A stretch of 64,000 nucleotides of DNA from an uncultured Candidatus Saccharibacteria bacterium (GTDB lineage: Bacteria > Patescibacteriota > Dojkabacteria > GCA-016699595 > JBAXKR01), in contig CAYSFE010000001.1 in the NCBI GenBank assembly GCA_964430225.1, positions 95,668 through 159,667 on the forward strand. The letters are read 5' to 3'. How positions within the stretch are numbered: position 1 is the first letter of the stretch; every line of letters starts with the position of its first letter. The position numbers and the translations under genes are program-made. The notes under the pieces were generated by a model. The model saw only the letters and a program-made list of their open reading frames with translations. It was not told where the DNA came from and ran no database searches. Shown here in pieces: positions 62,143 to 64,000 of the stretch.

Positions 62143-63174
62143 ATGGATGGATTTGATTCAAATAAATATTTAGAGGAAGAATACAAAGCAATACTTGATC
62201 GTATTTCTAAGTTTAATGGAAAACTTTATCTTGAAATAGGGGGACAGCTTCTATTTGATAGACATGCCTCTTCTGTACTTCCTGGTTTTGATCCAACAGT
62301 TAAAGTTAAAATTCTTAAGAAATTTGACAACATTGAATTTCTTTTTTGTGTAAATTCTGAAGACTTTGTTTCAGATAGACCTCTTGAAAATGGAAGTAAA
62401 AGCTATATAGATAAGGTTCTTGAGATGATTGAGAAACTAAAAGAAACTTTTAATAACCCAATACATATTGTGGTAAACAAGATACCTCGTGATATTGAAC
62501 CATCTCCTGTAAGTGATTTCGTTTCCTTAATTAAATCAAAAGGATATTTAGTATATAAAAGATATATGATTGAGGGATATCCTCATGATACTGATAAAGT
62601 ACTTTCTTCTGATGGTTATGGACATGATGAATATATTGTTACATCTTCTAAACTAGTTGTTGTTACTGGACCTGGATCAAATAGCGGAAAACTATCTACA
62701 TGTCTTGGACAAATATATTTAGATAAATTAAAAGGTTTAGAATCTGGATATGCTAAGTATGAACTCTTCCCTATTTGGAATTTACCTCTTAATCATCCTA
62801 TTAACTTAGCATATGAAGCAGCAACTGCTGATATTGGTGACTATAATCTAGAAGATGTTAGGTATGAAAAAATAAATGGAAGGAAAGCTGTAAACTATAA
62901 TCGAGATGTAGAAGCTTTTGAAATACTTGAAAGTTTAGGAAAAAGAATAGTTTCCGAAAACAACTATATCCATACATATAGATCCCCTACTGATATGGGA
63001 ATAAATATGGCGGGTTTTTCCATAAAAGATGATAAAATATGTAGGGAGGCAGCTATCTTAGAAATAGAAAATAGATTAAAAGGATATGAAAATCTATTAA
63101 CTATTGGTAAAGGTAAGCCTGAGTGGGTTAAAAGAACTCAAGATATTTTATTAAAAGCTAAAAGTAATTTATGA
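62143..63174 (+). CDS. hypothetical protein (343 aa)
   Basis: Long ORF overlapping the rlmB start by 4 nt. No family recognised. Confidence 0.45.
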   Translation: MDGFDSNKYLEEEYKAILDRISKFNGKLYLEIGGQLLFDRHASSVLPGFDPTVKVKILKKFDNIEFLFCVNSEDFVSDRPLENGSKSYIDKVLEMIEKLKETFNNPIHIVVNKIPRDIEPSPVSDFVSLIKSKGYLVYKRYMIEGYPHDTDKVLSSDGYGHDEYIVTSSKLVVVTGPGSNSGKLSTCLGQIYLDKLKGLESGYAKYELFPIWNLPLNHPINLAYEAATADIGDYNLEDVRYEKINGRKAVNYNRDVEAFEILESLGKRIVSENNYIHTYRSPTDMGINMAGFSIKDDKICREAAILEIENRLKGYENLLTIGKGKPEWVKRTQDILLKAKSNL

Positions 63175-63914
63175 AAAGTGATCAAATAGAAGGAAGAAAT
63201 CCAGTATTAGAGGCTCTAAGAGCTAAATCTCCTTTGTCTAAAATATATTTACAAGAAGGAATTAAAAGAGATAGTAAGATTAGAGAGCTTATTCTTTTAT
63301 CCCGTAAATCTCGAATAAGACTCGACTATATAGATAAAAAGAAATTGGACCAAATGTGTCAATCCGATATTCATCAAGGAGTTATAGCTCTTCGTCCAGT
63401 TGGAAACAAGAAGGAATTAACTAATGTTCGTGATTTAATAGAGCGAGTTGAAAGTGAAAACAAAGTTCCTTTCTTTGTAATAATTCGAGATGTTTTGTAT
63501 GAACATAACTTAGGAGCTATTATTAGAACGGCAGTGAGTGCGGGGGTAAACGGAATAGTAGTACCACCTAATACCAAGTTTGGACCTGAGGTTATGAGAG
63601 CTTCAATGGGTGGATATGAGTACGCAAATATTGCTGAAGAAAATATATTTCAAGCAATTAAGACTATAAAAGAGAATGCGATTAAAGTTGTTGGAATAGA
63701 AGTAACTGCTGAAAAATATTACTATGAAGCTGATTTAACTGGTGCTTTAGCATTAATAATTGGAGGAGAAGATCACTCTTTAAGTGAGGAAATTAAGAAT
63801 AAATGTGACTTTTTTGTAAAAATTCCACTTTTGTCCCCTATTAACTCTTTGAATATGAGTGTTGCATCTGGTATAGTCATATACGACAAATTGAGGCAAG
63901 AGCTTCAGGATTAA
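63171..63914 (+). CDS. rlmB: SpoU/TrmH-family 23S rRNA 2'-O-methyltransferase (RlmB-like)
   Basis: N-terminal substrate-binding domain IEGRNPVLEAL and a C-terminal SPOUT domain (ALIIGGEDHSLS...IPLLSPINSLNMSVASGIVIY). Confidence 0.8.
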   Translation: MKSDQIEGRNPVLEALRAKSPLSKIYLQEGIKRDSKIRELILLSRKSRIRLDYIDKKKLDQMCQSDIHQGVIALRPVGNKKELTNVRDLIERVESENKVPFFVIIRDVLYEHNLGAIIRTAVSAGVNGIVVPPNTKFGPEVMRASMGGYEYANIAEENIFQAIKTIKENAIKVVGIEVTAEKYYYEADLTGALALIIGGEDHSLSEEIKNKCDFFVKIPLLSPINSLNMSVASGIVIYDKLRQELQD

Positions 63915-63942
63915 TTTTTTTTAAATTTTTTATGGCAAAGAA

Positions 63943-64000
63943 AGGAAATAGAATTTTAATTAGAGTTGCAAACAAAGCTAGTGGCTCATTTTACACTACT
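63943..64000 (+). CDS. rpmG: ribosomal protein L33, N-terminal fragment that runs off the window
   Basis: MAKKGNRILIRVANKASGSFYTT matches the L33 N-terminus. Confidence 0.7.

Overview
This is a 64-kb chromosomal segment from a bacterium with about 30–38% GC. The standard genetic code is in use: gyrA, gyrB, dnaX and pilB are all intact without recoding. Genes are tightly packed, with many 1–4-nt stop/start overlaps. Most of the window is housekeeping: gyrB/gyrA, dnaB, dnaX-ybaB-recR, yebC-ruvCAB, a reduced rpsF-ssb-rpsR cluster, rpsB-tsf-frr-rseP, mreBCD-mrdA-dprA, prfA-prmC, efp, ychF and several ribosomal-protein and tRNA genes. The accessory content is a complete type IV pilus locus (pilB-pilT-pilC, two pilins, pilD, two minor pilins) plus a second locus carrying two more pilin paralogs. 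Also accessory are an archaeal-type AMP phosphorylase, an XerC/D-like tyrosine recombinase beside a 580-bp AT-rich non-coding region, and several blocks of uncharacterised genes. Those blocks include two small ORFs wedged between gyrB and gyrA and a 648-aa HExxH-containing protein flanked by polytopic membrane proteins. Several core proteins carry lysine-rich extensions. Taken together with no L9 gene at either canonical position, the gene content suggests a small-genome organism of the Patescibacteria/CPR type; this is inference, not proof. I found no CRISPR array, no rRNA, and no transposase or reverse transcriptase.
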